Shown here: positions 37,001 to 50,700 of the stretch, piece by piece | How the letters are laid out: the number at the start of each line of letters is the position of its first letter | Position numbering within the stretch: the first letter of the stretch is position 1 | Origin: Lama guanicoe | Lineage: Eukaryota | Direction of reading: 5' to 3' | Assembly: GCA_013239625.1 (NCBI GenBank) | Contig: MU053472.1 | Location: 310,001 to 374,000 of the forward strand | DNA: 64,000 bases | The notes under the pieces: model-generated | Told to the model about the DNA's origin: nothing | Database searches by the model: none | What the model saw: the letters and a program-made list of their open reading frames with translations, nothing else | Translations under genes and position numbers: made by a program

Positions 37001-37578
37001 TGATGTGATGGTGGGAAAAGGATAAATACACATAATACATATAAAGCTAGACTGAGAATCACCCTCTGGCTTGGTCAGATCCTCCCCCAGCATGACATGC
37101 AGCTGCAGAGCAGCCACCTGTGTGACCTGGCTGGCTCTCAGTGTCCTCGCGTGGACCCCAGCCTGTTAAGGGAGAGAAGCAAAGGCTGATAATTTTAAGA
37201 CACTAGTCAGCTGCTGACTGGAGAATATACCACAGTCCAAAGGAGGACATGGGCAGTCCACTGGATGAGAGCAGGAGGAAAGGATGCCACCAGTGACACA
37301 GACACACAGACTTCTAGTGCCGTATGATAAATTCATAGATTCTCATGTTGGAAACATAAGCAGATCAGACAGAAGAGACTATAAGTAACTATCCATATAA
37401 AAGGTGAAGGTGTGTATTTATTTGGGTACCAGGGGGCAAACTCTGCACATTTGGAATTGAGTTTTTTAGTTTGGTCCTCATCCACCTGGGTGTTTAAATT
37501 ACCTGTCACTCATTTACACAACAGTATTTACTGAGTTGATGCCACGTGTTCAACACTATTCTGAGTGTGGCTGGGGAC

Positions 37579-38060
37579 TGTGGCAGAATGTACTTGCCAG
37601 AAATGACCACAACCCATGACTTTCTTATGATGTGACCAACTCAACCAAAAGCATGCAGTAGAAATGATGCTTCCGAGGCAAGATCATAAACACGTCACAC
37701 ACTTCTGCCTTGTTCTTTGACACATGCTCTTGGAACGCAGCTGCCATGCTGTGAGGAAGCCCAAAGCCGCCGGACAGAGTTACCGTACGTGGGTGAAATA
37801 CGTGGGTGTCTCAGCTAGCCCCCCAGCAGAGGTCCTAGTTGATAGTCAGGATCACTCACTAAATATGTAAGTAAAGACACTCCAGTGACTCTAGCTCCCA
37901 GCCGTTAAGTCACCCCCAGACACGAGCAAAGACAGGTTGTCCCTACTACATAGGGTCCAAATTCCTGACGGAGAGGAATCTGTGAGCAAAATAAAAATGG
38001 TTGTTTCTACACCACTGCGTTTGGAATGGTGCGCCAGGCAGCAGCAGTAACGTTAAGACG
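37579..38060 (+). mobile_element. MLT1 (G/H-like) LTR
   Basis: gctgccatgctgtgaggaagccca...ccaaattcctgac...gaatctgtgagcaaaataaaaatggttgtttctacaccact. Confidence 0.7.
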
Positions 38061-38374
38061 TAACCCGGTGCTAGGGTTTTACCATCTTAAAGAAATGACA
38101 CAAGTTACACATAAAACAACTGAACAACAATAAAAGATAAACTAACATGTAATGAATCCAACAAGGAGTGCAAACAGTAGGTGCTGCAGCAATGCAAAGA
38201 AGGCACAGGGTCAAGGCAAAGTAAACCAATGGGGCTGAAAAACTGAGTACTCTGTCTCTCAGGGAGGTGCCTCATGAATTACACTGTCATGCTCTCTCTC
38301 CAGTCCATTTAAAACATCCTGCCATTCTTGCCCTGAGATTCCAAGCGGAGAACACGGGTCCTTTTCCACAGCCA

Positions 38375-38530
38375 TTCACACCTCACAAAGTGTGGTCCAA
38401 GGCCCAGCAGCGTCCACCTGGAGCTTGAGAGAAATGCAGAATCTCAGGCCCCACCCCAGACCCACAGAATCAGATTCCACAGTTTAACAAGACCACAGGT
38501 GATCTGAAGACACATTACAGTGTGAGAGGC
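38375..38530. mobile_element. MER5-like hAT-Charlie element
   Basis: caaagtgtggtcc...cctggagcttgagagaaatgcagaatctcaggccccaccccagacc...ttaacaagaccacaggtgat. Confidence 0.75.
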
Positions 38531-39961
38531 ACAGCTCTCATTAATCCGCCTTAGTTGGTCCCACCGGACTTGCTGAAGCAAACTCAAGTGCCTGTTTTGT
38601 TTAAGCCACACGGGCATGCTCAGCCTCTCACAGATCAGTATCATTCCACTGTCAAGGTTCCCAGATGAGGAATCAGAGGTAAATGGAGGTTAAGAGGCTT
38701 TCCCAGACTCCACACAGAAAATGAGTAACCCCACAGGGACCAGAACCCCTTCTCCATGAGTTGTCGGTTTGTTGGTCAGTCATACGATCTAACCAAAACA
38801 GATCAACTGATCTAAAGGCTACTAAAACGTGCATTTCATTGAGAAAGAAAAGAAAATGTATGAAGAGAAAGAAATTAAGGTCAGTTGGATGTGCTTTATC
38901 TATCCAATGGATATTCATCTAAAAAATCCTAAGCTGCTAAGTATGAGATGGTCTTTGGCTGGGAAAAATCTGATAATCTGAACCAAGGAAATGCCTGCAA
39001 AATTCCACAATCACATGTAAGCTTGCTTGGTGATAACTGGAAACCAATTTGTGCCACAGCCTACATAAATGATACTTCTCAATCTTCAAAGAGTAAGTGG
39101 TAAAAATTAAATATGGATCATAGATTCCTTGTTAAGCGATGAACTTTGATTGGTATAGGTCAGAACATCTAGACGGAGTACTTTTAAAAAAAAATCACAC
39201 GTCAGCAATTAAACCCAAGGTAGGTATAAATTTGTCTCAAAATTGCCAAAGTCACTACTGCCCTCTGAGAAGCAGGACCACGATTTCTCAGGTCCTTTCA
39301 TAAATAAGATCTCAGTCCTAAGAAGTTCATTATTACTTTAAGGAAGACAAAAATGAATTTATAAATTAGAATGAAGTTCACAGGACTAAGCTCTCAATGG
39401 TGAACAGCTGATCGAGCAGCTCTGGGATCATCTAACCCTCTGATGTCTCACCAGACATACCAACATTCTTAAAGCTCAAGCAGTGAGCCTCGACTTTCTC
39501 CTTACAAGGATTTCTTTATCATACCTCTGGCCTACTTTCACGTTTTTGGTAATGTTACACCAAGTTAACTTCATTTATAAAGTACTGATGAGTTAACGTC
39601 CCATTTTTCTTTATATGCCAAAGGCAACTATAATTATCTATTCGCATTTCTGAGCAGAAGATAACCAGTTAAGTCTCTTGCATTAGCCGGATGGAGGGAA
39701 CCTGATGATGAGGGCACTTCAGTATATCTGAGCCTCCCTGTAGCAAAGAGGGGGGAGTCAAGTTTTTAGCTAAACAGGAGTCAAAGGGCAGAGGATCCTG
39801 AAGCTATCCCTCGGCTTTAACTCTCTCCTGAAGAAAGAGTCTTATACAAAAAGACAATCTGCATAGCTCCTTGTAGATTATACTACGAATTACCATTCAC
39901 ACACTAAAAGGGAACGCAATGGCCTCTGAACCTCACTCTAGTTTAAATCAGGGCCCACGAA

Positions 39962-40279
39962 CTAGGGCAGGCAGACCTTGTCTGGCTGGCCACTTGTTTT
40001 TGTACAGCCCATGAGGTTTATATGTTTTTAAATGGTTAAAAAAGAATTCAAAAGAAGAATGGTATTTCATGGCACATAAAAACTGTATGAGATTAGAATT
40101 TCAGTGTTCATGAATGAAATTTTACTGGAGCACAGCCACACTCATTTGTTACGTATTAACTGTGGCTGTTTTCATGCTACAAAAGGCAAGTTAAATAGTT
40201 GCAACAGAAACTGAATGGCCCACATGCCTAAAATATTTACTACCTGATCCTTTAAAGAAAAGTATTTGCCAACCTCTGG
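39962..40279. mobile_element. MER58B-like hAT-Charlie element
   Basis: ttttactggagcacagccacactcatttgtt...gcctaaaatatttactacctg...tttgccaacctctg. Confidence 0.75.
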
Positions 40280-42089
40280 CTGAAATTATGCCATAAAGCC
40301 ATCGTAGCAGGGCAAAGGAATATTTTCCCAAGTGGTGCTAAGAACCTGGCACGAAATCCTTCACGAGAACCACCAGGCTGCTGGTTAGGAGGCTCCGGTG
40401 GTGCTCTGTCTGTCACATCACTGTTTACTCGTCGTCAGACGCCACCTGCTCTTGTTAAAGTCTTCTCCTGTAGATCCACAAACTCAAAGACTAAGGAGTC
40501 AAAAAGACCCGCCACGATCCGCTGGTGCTGAAACTATTCTGGGACAAGGCGCCAGTAGGCCCAGCAGTTGCATATGAATTTCAAAAGAGTCTTTTTGTGC
40601 ACTGAGACCTCCAGATGGCAGGGGGAAGCGGACCAAACTGTCAGTGTAGCAGCAAGAATGGGGAGTGATGACGTGAGCTGGGAGGGCTGTGGGCCACCTG
40701 CGACAGGGCATGGTTGCGACCCCAGCACCCGGCTCCTCCTCTTCCCTGCAACAGGTGAAAAACAAAGCTCCTCCGTAAATTACTCCCAGCTGGAAGGGAT
40801 ATCAAAAATCCAGATAGGATTTCTCACCCCATCACTCAGATTAAGAGGCTCTAACACTACTTTTCATCCTCCTGTTATAGGTATCTTTTCTTGAAAACTT
40901 CTAATTTATATATAAGCAGTTTTTAAAATTATGATTATCTTAGAGAATTTGAAAAGACATCTTTAATATATAAGTTTAAAAGTATTCATGATTTGTAAAG
41001 AAACAGAGCAATTTAGCCATCTTCCAAGATGCCTTACAGAAAAAATAGAAAGGAACTAGAGATCTCACATTCTTTGGGCTCCTGTTCTCCCATCAGCCCT
41101 CCAACTAAGAAAGATCTACTTAAGGGTTTTTTCCTAAACCTACAGAGTTGTAACTCTGCTCTGAGGAAAGAAACAGACTGTTAGCAGATAATATGAGGCA
41201 CAGGAGATGCTCAACAAAAAACTGAACTTAATAATTTAGTAACAGTCCTGATGTGGCCTCCCCATCTCTCCCTGTCCTCTCTCTCTCTCCCTCCTTCTCT
41301 ATCTTTCTCCCTCCCTCTCACACACCCACACACACCCCTAGCTTTAAATGCAGCTGGCAATGCCAAACACAGGCAATTAAAGTCAACCTGGCAACTGTCT
41401 ACTCAGAAAGCAGGAACTCCCTATCAAACCAGGTTCTAAACTACCTCTACTGTCGAACACAAAGACCTGGAGGAAAGTACATTTCAAAGATTATAAAAGA
41501 GGCATTTATTCCCTAGCGAAGAAGCTGTGGTTCCTTTGAAACTGCCAAGGAACTCCTGCGCTTGGTGCCTCTCGGGGATCTGCACGTGCGCACGAGCATG
41601 TGAGCACCGGTCCTCAGACGGTACTTCCACAAGGACTGGCCTGGGCTGCCACACACATCACACACTAAAGCCAGCACCGCTGACCTGCACATTCAGGGCT
41701 GGGCACGATGCAAATCACCACATCAAGGCATCTGGTGGCCCAAGAGGTAAGACTTCCAAAACCTCTGAAAGACTTCGAGGTACTAGACAATTTAATTTTT
41801 AATACTTCACTTTGCATATTTAAATGTCTTTAAAATGATACATCTGTTAAATTTTTTAAATGGAAGGATTCTACTGGGTATTTGTCAGTCACACAGAATG
41901 GAAAACCATCTCTGGCTATGAGTGGTATGCTAGTCCAAACCATACAATTACACATAAGTATCCATAAATACACTGGACATGGAGGGCCAGGGGTCAAACC
42001 ACCCGGGTGACATGTATTCATTCATTCAAGAAATATCCAAACATATTGTGGTTAGACAGCAAGTACAGTGGATGATAAATTCAAGGCTG

Positions 42090-42720
42090 ACACCACTGGA
42101 AGAATGTAAATTGGTACAACCACTTTGGAAAACAGGCATCAGCTAGGAAAGCTGAGGATTACAAACAGCTATGACCAGCATTACTCACAACTAACCAGGC
42201 CAGAAACAGCCCAGATGTCCGTCAACAGTGAATGAAAGATACCTGTGGTATTTGCAAACAAAAATGAACTAATTACAGTCACAGGTAACAACATGTATGA
42301 ATCTTAAAATCCATAATGCTTCAAGAATTGACACCAAAAAACTGTATGTGCGTATATACACATATACATACATACATATACATGATGTTGACCCCCCCAA
42401 AAGGGATTTACAAGAATACCTAGTTTGATTCCATTTTCATAAAGGTGAAAAACAGGCAAAATGAAAACTGTATTGTTCAAAGATTATTATTTAGGAGATA
42501 AAAAACTGCAGAAAAGAAAGGAAATGATTTCCACAAAAATGAGGCCTGTTACTGGCTTGGCTACCACTGGGGTGAGAAGAGAGGTGGTCACTGGGAAAGA
42601 GTGGGAGGAACCCTCCAAGATGGTTACAGCTGTGTTTTCTTTAAAATAATTCATTAAGTTAAGCATTTATGTCCTATGCCCTTTTCTGTGTGTTATAATT
42701 CATGATTTTAAAAAAACGTT
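42090..42720 (+). mobile_element. Very old L1ME-type 3' fragments
   Basis: gaatgtaaattggtacaaccactttggaaaac; tgattccattttcataaaggtgaaaaacaggcaaaa. Confidence 0.6.
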
Positions 42721-44063
42721 GAATAAATACAACGTTGGCTTCCAGGAATTCAGACCCATTACAATTCTGGCCAATCAGGGAGCGAACACTCCCCCTCCCA
42801 CCGTCTCTACCGGTCTGTCAGCTCCATGAAGTCAGGGGCCTTACCTGCCTTCTCCCCTAGTATCCAGCACCGAACCTCTGGCGTGGCAAAACTCTCAACA
42901 AACGTCTAACACATAAAACCATAAACTCCTGGTGTGAATTTTGTTTTAACTCACCTATCTTCTGAAATTACTGATTTGAACTGTTCCCACATTAACATGT
43001 CCCTTCCTCTGCCTTCACCCCAGCGAGGCTGTCATAAATAACTAAAGCTACCATCTTCACCTTTCCCTCTGTAAGTTTACACCCAGGCTTCGTTGCTTTA
43101 GCAACTCCCCCTGCCTTCCACTCTCTTCTGTGCCTCCTCATAAGCAAAGAAAAGATGAATACACGAGGTTGCTTTTTTTTTTTTAAGTCGGAAAGTTTTC
43201 ATTTGCAACCAAGAGTAATGCCTAGGATCTTAATGATTTAACTGCTTTGAAGTTAAGAAGAGGTCCTCTGCCCATTGTCCTGAGAAATACTACCATGCTA
43301 TCAGGGTTAATAAAACTTTACAACGAGCAGTATTTAAAATGCCTGCCTGAACTACTTGTTCTAGACAGAAACCAAATCTCTATAAACAGGGTCGGCTAAT
43401 TTTGTAATTATTTCAAATAAAAAATCACTTTGTGCAAACACTTATGAAAATGCTTAGAAAAGTCTAGAAGAATATACATAAGCCAATAAAGATGAACACA
43501 GCAGTTATTTCCAGGACAGATGTTCAAAAGAAGGCTTTAATCTTATCTGTAAAGTTTTAATCTTTTAAACAGAGAATGATTAATTATTGTTGTATTGGGA
43601 AAAAGTCGTTTTAATCCACTTTGCCTTAAAATCCCAATTGCAAAAGAATCTATCAAACACAGATCCCTCCCTGAGGACCAACGTTTAAAAATGTTTAAGT
43701 TTTAAAGGATTTCCTGGACTTACACACCTAGGCAGTTTTTTATGGAAAGAATATACGTTTATCCCATTCTATTAAAGAATAATACAGAAATCATACCTGC
43801 ATTCAACCAACATGAGACACTTTAGCTGAGAACTCAGCATAGACACGCTGGGCACTGACGTTAAAAAGCCTTGGAATGAAAAACCGTCTCCCGTTTTATG
43901 GGGGAAAGCCAAAAATATCAAGCATCTACCTCTCCTCCCCCAAGCGTCAGAAGATGAGTCAGAGCTGGAGGCAGGAATAGGGCCCATGTGTCAAGCCGCC
44001 TGTGCAGGCTCCTTCCTACCTCCACCAGGCAGCCCTCTCCCCCACCCAGGTCAGGGTCCCTAC

Positions 44064-44151
44064 CTCAGCCTGCCCCTGACGTGAATTAGGTGTCTCTGGC
44101 GGAGAAGAAGCGGTTATTCTTCGATCCGGGGGCGCCTCCTCCCCCGCATTT
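44064..44151 (-). other. Candidate DUSP14 internal 5' UTR exon (88 nt)
   Basis: minus strand ttccctttag|AAATGCGG...GCTGAG|gtaggg; splice signals only. Confidence 0.3.
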
Positions 44152-44235
44152 CTAAAGGGAACCCAAGAATGGGAGCCTTTCTGAGCCCACAAGAAGTAAC
44201 AATCGCCAAATGCAGCTCAGGGATGTGGAGCTTTC

Positions 44236-44273
44236 TCACACACACTCACACACACACACACACACACACACAC
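44236..44273. repeat. (CA)n microsatellite, once interrupted
   Basis: read directly from the sequence. Confidence 0.9.
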
Positions 44274-45039
44274 CTTTGCAAAGAATACAGCACCTTTGTT
44301 CCCCTCATTTTAAAGAGCAGGAAACACGCAGAGAGCAGCTGTGACTTGTCCAGTATCACTTAACTCTATGACACACCTGAGTCCCAAGCATGCTGACGGC
44401 CCCAGCCTAACTTTTTAACTCATCTGTACAATCTCAGGGCGGATGTTCCAATGTTGCATGACACTTCTGAAAGGCCTTATGGACTAGGAATTCCAGGAAC
44501 TCTGGTCCATAGTCCTTTAAAGTGAATCAAGAATCGGAACTCGACTCTTGCCTCCGTTTCTACATCTGTAAAATGGGACGATAATGCTCTCTACTTACTT
44601 TTCTCATAAAACTACAATGAACAGCTAGTCAACACATGCCAGATGCTCTGAGGTCTTGCTAGATGAAAAGCACAAGATACTTAAAAAAAAATCCCTACAC
44701 AGTAGAACTGTATTTGTAAGTCACTCCTCCTTCCCTTGCCTCTGGGATGCTCAGTTACCATAACACTGACTGGTACCACTGGCAACATCCACTTAAACAT
44801 AGTTATACAATCCACTTAAGGCACATACAGCATGCAACTCCTCTCGCACACAAACAACTCAACTTCGCTTTGGAGCAAGGGTACTTAGGAGAAATAACAA
44901 GACATGGTAGCACTGTGTACACCAATGCACCACCGTAGAGAAATACTCAAGTTGAATACTTGGCATTGCTGAAAGTCAAGTTGCCTCTATCAGTGCATCA
45001 GAAACCTTTGGAAGATGCAAAAAACCCGCCGACGCTCCA

Positions 45040-45830
45040 GTGGCTCCAAGCGGGCGAACGCTGACGGCGGGGTGAGGAGGCAGGGAGGCCACGGTTGAAC
45101 TAAGAGCAGAGGGGTCAGGGAGGGGGAGGGGAACAGAGGGGGATGCTCGCGAAGGAGCCAGAGGGCTGGCACCCGGGCCCCGGCGTCGCCGCAGAGGGGG
45201 AGCCTGGGGGGTGGGGGGAAACGCGCCGAGCGCCCGCAATTGCGGGGGCGGGCGATGAGGAGCGGGCGTTGCGGAGGGCGCCGGGCCTCTCCCCTCCCTG
45301 CCGCCAGGAGAATGCGAGAATCGCCGGGAGCAGGTAGGGGACGCCAGCACAAAGTTTCCAGAAACCAGGGTCGCGCGGGGCCCCGACCGCCCAGTCCGGC
45401 CGGCGCCCCGGGGCCCCGTCGGCGCCAAGTCCGGGCCGCGCACCGCTCCCCGCCCGCACCCGCGGGCCGCGTACCTGCTCGCGCCGACTCCCGGCTGGCG
45501 CTCCGTCCTCCTGCGCGGCTCCCGGCTTCTGCGGGCTGGCCGCCGCGCGCGCCCCTCCTTTTCCCCTCCCCCCGGGCCCGGGGCGGGCCGCGCGCACGCT
45601 CCCTGAGCCCCGCCGCCCTCTCCCGAGGGGCGGGGGGCCGCGCTCGGGGCGGGGGCGGGGCCTCGGCGCGAGAGGCGCGCCGCGGGAGGAAGCCGGCCGG
45701 GGACGCGCGGAGCTGCGGGCGGCGCGCGTGCGCACTGCGGCCTCCGCCGCCGAGCCCGGCGTCCCGAGCGCGCCTCGCTGCTTCCCAGACCCTCGCTGCC
45801 CCGGGCAGACCTCAGCGCAGCGGGCCCCTG
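45040..45830. promoter_or_regulatory. CpG-island promoter of DUSP14 with Sp/KLF GC boxes (45627-45661) and an NRF1-type motif GCGCGTGCGCA (45724-45734)
   Basis: very high GC and CpG density; tandem GGGGCGGGG boxes; no TATA box seen. Confidence 0.85.
45475..45545 (-). other. DUSP14: DUSP14 non-coding first exon (5' end approximate)
   Basis: minus-strand donor GAGCAG|gtacgc at 45475/45474 inside the CpG island, just downstream of GC boxes. Confidence 0.6.
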
Positions 45831-47511
45831 CAGTGTCTTCATCGGTGTCACAACGTACGACCCCGCTCTTCCCCAGTCCAGCGTCTACCTACAAGTTGGG
45901 GATGGTGAACTGGAGTACTTTCTGGAGATGAGAGGGTTAAAGGCAAGAAAACAATACAAATAGAAAAGGTGTGAAGGCTGCAGTTGGTGACTAATCACCG
46001 CCTCTTCCCCCACCCGCACCTTCTATCCTGCAAGGGAGAGCCCTGGAGTTGGGACCAAAGAGTGAAGGGAAAATAAATCTCATAGCAACTGTTAGATGAA
46101 CTTCGCTTGGTCACGTATGGGCAGTTTCTAACGACTGTGAGAGGCTGTGTTGTCTGAGACTCAGAAGTGACTGCAGAGATGGCCATCTTCTGCCTGCCCC
46201 GAGACCGCCGACCCACCACCACAAACCACAGGTGCGGGCTGAGTCTCAAAACCCCAGGTTCGCAGCCCGTGCTGCCTCGGGGGCAGAGCTGTCGGGTCTC
46301 AGGAGCCCAGGCTGAACGCAAGGATTCGTGGAGGGTTTTATTTGCTTGGTCACTCTAAGGGTCTTTTTTAATGTAGGTTTGCCATCTATAACATGAGTAG
46401 ATGGAGAAGGGACTTTTTTTTTCCAGCACAACCTTGCCCTGGCAGGTGAGGGGAGGCATAAACAACTTCTAGGCTCCGCAGTGAGTCAGACACCCGAGTT
46501 CTGACTCCACGCCCAGCCCTTTACTCACCAGCCCGAGCGCCTCACCGTTGTAAATCGCTGGCATCAGAAGTGCTGAACGCGAGTAATCATAGGTTTGGGG
46601 GAAGGAGCTGGTGAGGGAAGTGAAAACCGCGCTTTGGATTTACATCCCCCACCCCCACCCCCCAACCTGCATCTTCAACCACAAGCTTGGAGGCTTTCTC
46701 ATGCTCTTTCTGATCTCCAGCCGGAGTCCAAGTCATCCCGTGGGTGCAGGAATATCTAAAAGTTCTGTCTGCTTCCCAGACGAAAATACAGCATCAAAGC
46801 CATTTTGGTGATAATTTTAGGGGCGCTAAAAAGGCCTAGAATGAAGAGATTTGTTTATTTTTCCCTTCATAAAGAGAGAATCAAAGCTTTAAAATTAGGC
46901 AAAAGAAATCTTTCTGCAAGAAAACGCAGAACCTGTTTCAGGATAACACAACTAGGAGTTCAAATTTTGCCTGGGAAAGGCATCTCCCCAGCGCCAAATT
47001 GCTCCACCATCAATTCGTCTAGTGGCTTATTTTTGACATGCCAGTGCCAAAATAGCAAAATCTCTAATAGAAACAATTGTATGCTGCTTTCATTTCTGTT
47101 TCTCCCCCTAGTCTTTCCTTCAGTCAATTCAATGACTCAGCAGCACAGATAGCTACATCTTGCTTCAGATTCCAGCTTGTTTGTCACACAGAAGGCAGGT
47201 TTCCAGAACAGCTCTCCTTAGTGACAAGGAGCCGGGCATCTTCACGCATTATGGAACTAAGTTTACCATGAAGGATCAAATCCTCAAGGAAGAGGAGGGA
47301 GTAGGGCTAAAATAGAATCTGTGTGGAGTGTGATGTATGTGTAAAGATCTAGAGATTAAGGAAAGTAGATGTGCTAAACTCAGTAAGACCATTTAGTGAC
47401 TGTACATATATGCCTGTGGGTAGGGAGGGGCTTTACGCCTTTCCAGAATGTTCAACTGTGGGCTGATACATGCCTCAACAAAAAATGCAGTCTAAAGGTA
47501 TTATCTTCGAG

Positions 47512-47712
47512 ACCAGTACTGTCCAATAGAACTTTGGGGGCTGGAAATGATCCTTGTGTGCACCTATACAGTAGCCGCAAGCCTTGTGTGGCTTTTGAGC
47601 ACTTGAAGCGTAGTGAGTGTGACTGAGGAACTGAATTTTTAATTTTAATTAATGTTAACCAATTAAATGCAAGTAGCCACAGGTGGCTGGTGGCTGCCTT
47701 ACTGGACAGCAC
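47512..47712. mobile_element. MER3-like hAT-Charlie MITE
   Basis: inverted termini cagtactgtccaatag...tactggacagcac; internal tagccacaggtggctggtggct. Confidence 0.8.
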
Positions 47713-50700
47713 ATTATAAATAGGTTTCTTTATAGGTGTCAATTATTTTAGATGTAGAAACATCTTAGAGACCATCTGCTAAAAATGCATGACTTGTCTA
47801 TGCCCAAGGAAGGTGTGGGTGCTCCTGACTACATCTAAAAAGCAGTGCTTTAGAGCAGAGCAGCTTCTGTGCAGAATAAGAGCTGATCTGATTAGACACA
47901 GTAAGTAGAGGGTGGAAACTTCTACTCTGCTTGGCTTCTGATGTCTGCCTTTCTAAAAATATTCTCCTTAATTGCTTGGGTGATGACTGCAATCAGACCT
48001 TTATGGGTCCCTCAAAGAATAGTTGTATCTTCCATTTGTATCATTTCTTCTGTTTAACAAATTGGCAACAGAATTGACACATTAGAATTGGGGGACAGCT
48101 GTGATCAGGGCTCCCCAGTCTACAGAAGCTTGATTTTAGGGTGCCATCACGTCGAGAGGCTCTGGGACACCTAGTTGCTGATACCTGTAATTCCAGAGTG
48201 TATACCATTAGTAGCGACAAATGCAAATCCCTCTTAAAGAGAAGTAAATCTTTAAGCTTTTATCCTTTCACACATTTAAGAGGGACAGTAGACATCAGGT
48301 ATCTGGGAGGAAACGCTATACACGTGGAAAAGGTAGAAGAACAGAGGACAGAAGTCCAAAAACATCTCATCTATTATAGAAACTTGCCTAATGCTTGTGC
48401 TGTTTTGAGATGTAAGATAGCACCTTATGTGGCTATCATAAGGATTAACTAGATATTAATTGTAAAATACCTCAAACTTCTATTTGTAGAGTTTAAATCA
48501 TTCTCATATAATTTATTTTTCCGTTAATAAAGAAATGTCACATTACCAAGAGAGAAAGCATCACCCATAATTTTACTACTTAACAAAACAATGATTAGCA
48601 TCTTTTTTTTTCTATGCTAGATTTTTTAGTTCTCTTTACACAGTTACGATCACAGTGTGCCAACAATTTTGTAACCTGACTTCAAGCTTCTTGAGCTAGG
48701 CACTGTATAAGGGGATATTACCACATGTCCAGGATAACTGGGTCATTTAATATCTATCTGTCTCTGAAATTTTCTGGCCTTGATCCAATCCAGGGGCTGT
48801 GGCAGTCAGTGGTGCACAGTGATCAGAGTTCCAACATCAACAACCTCCATGAAAAAAGCACCTCTGCTTGTTTTAACACCTGCTGTGTGTCCCTCAGGTC
48901 TTAGCATCCCTCTGAGAGGCTTTATCTGGTATGAATTTACCGTTTACCATGGAAAATCAAATGCTTGTTCATACCTGGCTGGAGTTAAGCAAAAATATCA
49001 AAAGCTCCGTGGGAAGGGAAGAGAAGGGAGATGCCAGGTGTATTGTACACCTTATCCCATGTGTCTTCCTCCAATCCAGTCAGGTAGGTATTATCAACCA
49101 CAAACATGAGGGGTTGAAAATTTGCCCAAGGTTGTATTATTATTATGTAGCAGAACAAAGATTCACACTTAGGTCTTTCCAATACACCAGGCAGGCAAAT
49201 AATAAAGCATATAAACTCTTCATTTAAAAAGGAAAAGAGAAGGGTTTTAAAAAATTTTTTTAACCAGAATATATTCATGTATTTCTTGAGGGGAAAAAAT
49301 TGTTTTAAACGAAAACTTTAAAGAAAGGAGAAATGAAGAAGTAAAATATTTCCCCTAAGAGTTAGTCACCTCTGATATTAACAATACCAAAATGATAAAG
49401 AGACATAATTTTAAGGACTTCCTAGGTAATTAATGCCACTTTTGCATAATTTCCTACAACATCAAAGAGGGAAAACCTGGTCCTACTGAAAGTAAATGCT
49501 CCTATCAGCCCAAGAGCCTGAAGGTCGCCCCTCTAATTATAAATTACTTCTGAGGTCAACAGCCTCTGACTAGCAAACAAAAGAATGGAATGTGAAGGGG
49601 GTAGCAGAGGTTCCCAGATTGGTTAGAGGGCAACATCTAATGTACTGACTGTGTTGCTCTTCTGCTCTCTGCTTTGTCAAATAGCAAATAGCAAGTAGCA
49701 AATCTGTTACAGGAAGTTGGGAGCCTCAAATAATTCTTCACCCACCCAAGAATGTACACATTGTTGCCAACATATCAGCTGCAGTGTGTCTCCAGTGTGT
49801 CTCCAGAGCCCTGGAGCAATGTCTGGCTATGTCCTGGATGCTAATCAGGGGTATCTCCTTTCATCAGAAGGCCTAAGCTCCCAGCCCCTGTATCTGCCCC
49901 CATCTTACCACATCTGCTAGAAATCCAAGGCTTGCCTTTTTCCCCCTCTCCTAGTTTCCATGGAGATGAAACAGTTTACTTTTTTTCCCCCCAACTCTAA
50001 GCCGTGGTTATTTTTAACTGTAAAACTCTAAGCCAGGTCACAGCTGGGATCTGGAAGATGCAATGACGTCTATAGCCACCATTCTCTCCCACAGACACCT
50101 TTTCTGCAGTTGCTGGGGGCGGAGGCACTCCTGGGAGATTTTGCTTTCAAAAGCGTTTTGCTCTGCATCATGAAGTTAAGCCTATGCTGACTTAGATCTG
50201 ACAGGTGTCCTGAATCTGAAACTACGCATGCCAGAAACAAGGCAAAGACCTTGTTGGGTAGGGGCAGTCAGGTAAGGTTGGCATTGCTGTCAGCTATCTG
50301 TGCCTAGAACTTAGATAAATGCCCTGTGGTAAAAAATACATCAAGGTGTCATCTTCTAGGGAAAAAATATAGGTTCTGGCTTCTGCCCGTAGTAGAGTGG
50401 CTTCTGCTGCAATTTGACCTAGGTTTAAAAGAGGTTTCTAACAGGATAGTGTATGGAAAAGCTGCTCCACCTCTCCAAGCACAGCAAATTCCCATGGGAT
50501 AAGGGTTGGCACACTGCTGGCCTCTCCTCTACCAAAAGTTATCATTCCACCCATCTCTGAAACCCCTGGTGATTGGGACCTAGTGTTTTCATGGCACTTC
50601 TGAACTTTTCATCCATTTTTCAATAATTTTAGGGGAAATGCTATTAAATTACCCTGAAAATTGTCTTTTTTGTCTTAGACAACATCGTAAGACTGGAAAC

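Noticed and set aside
44976..45931. Several 200-290 aa Arg/Pro/Gly/Ala-rich ORFs on both strands
   Set aside because: Expected from stop-codon scarcity in a CpG island; low complexity, and no family motifs
49679..49806. Short tandem duplications (aaatagc x3; cagtgtgtctc x2)
   Set aside because: Ordinary slippage repeats with no spacer-repeat array structure; not CRISPR-like
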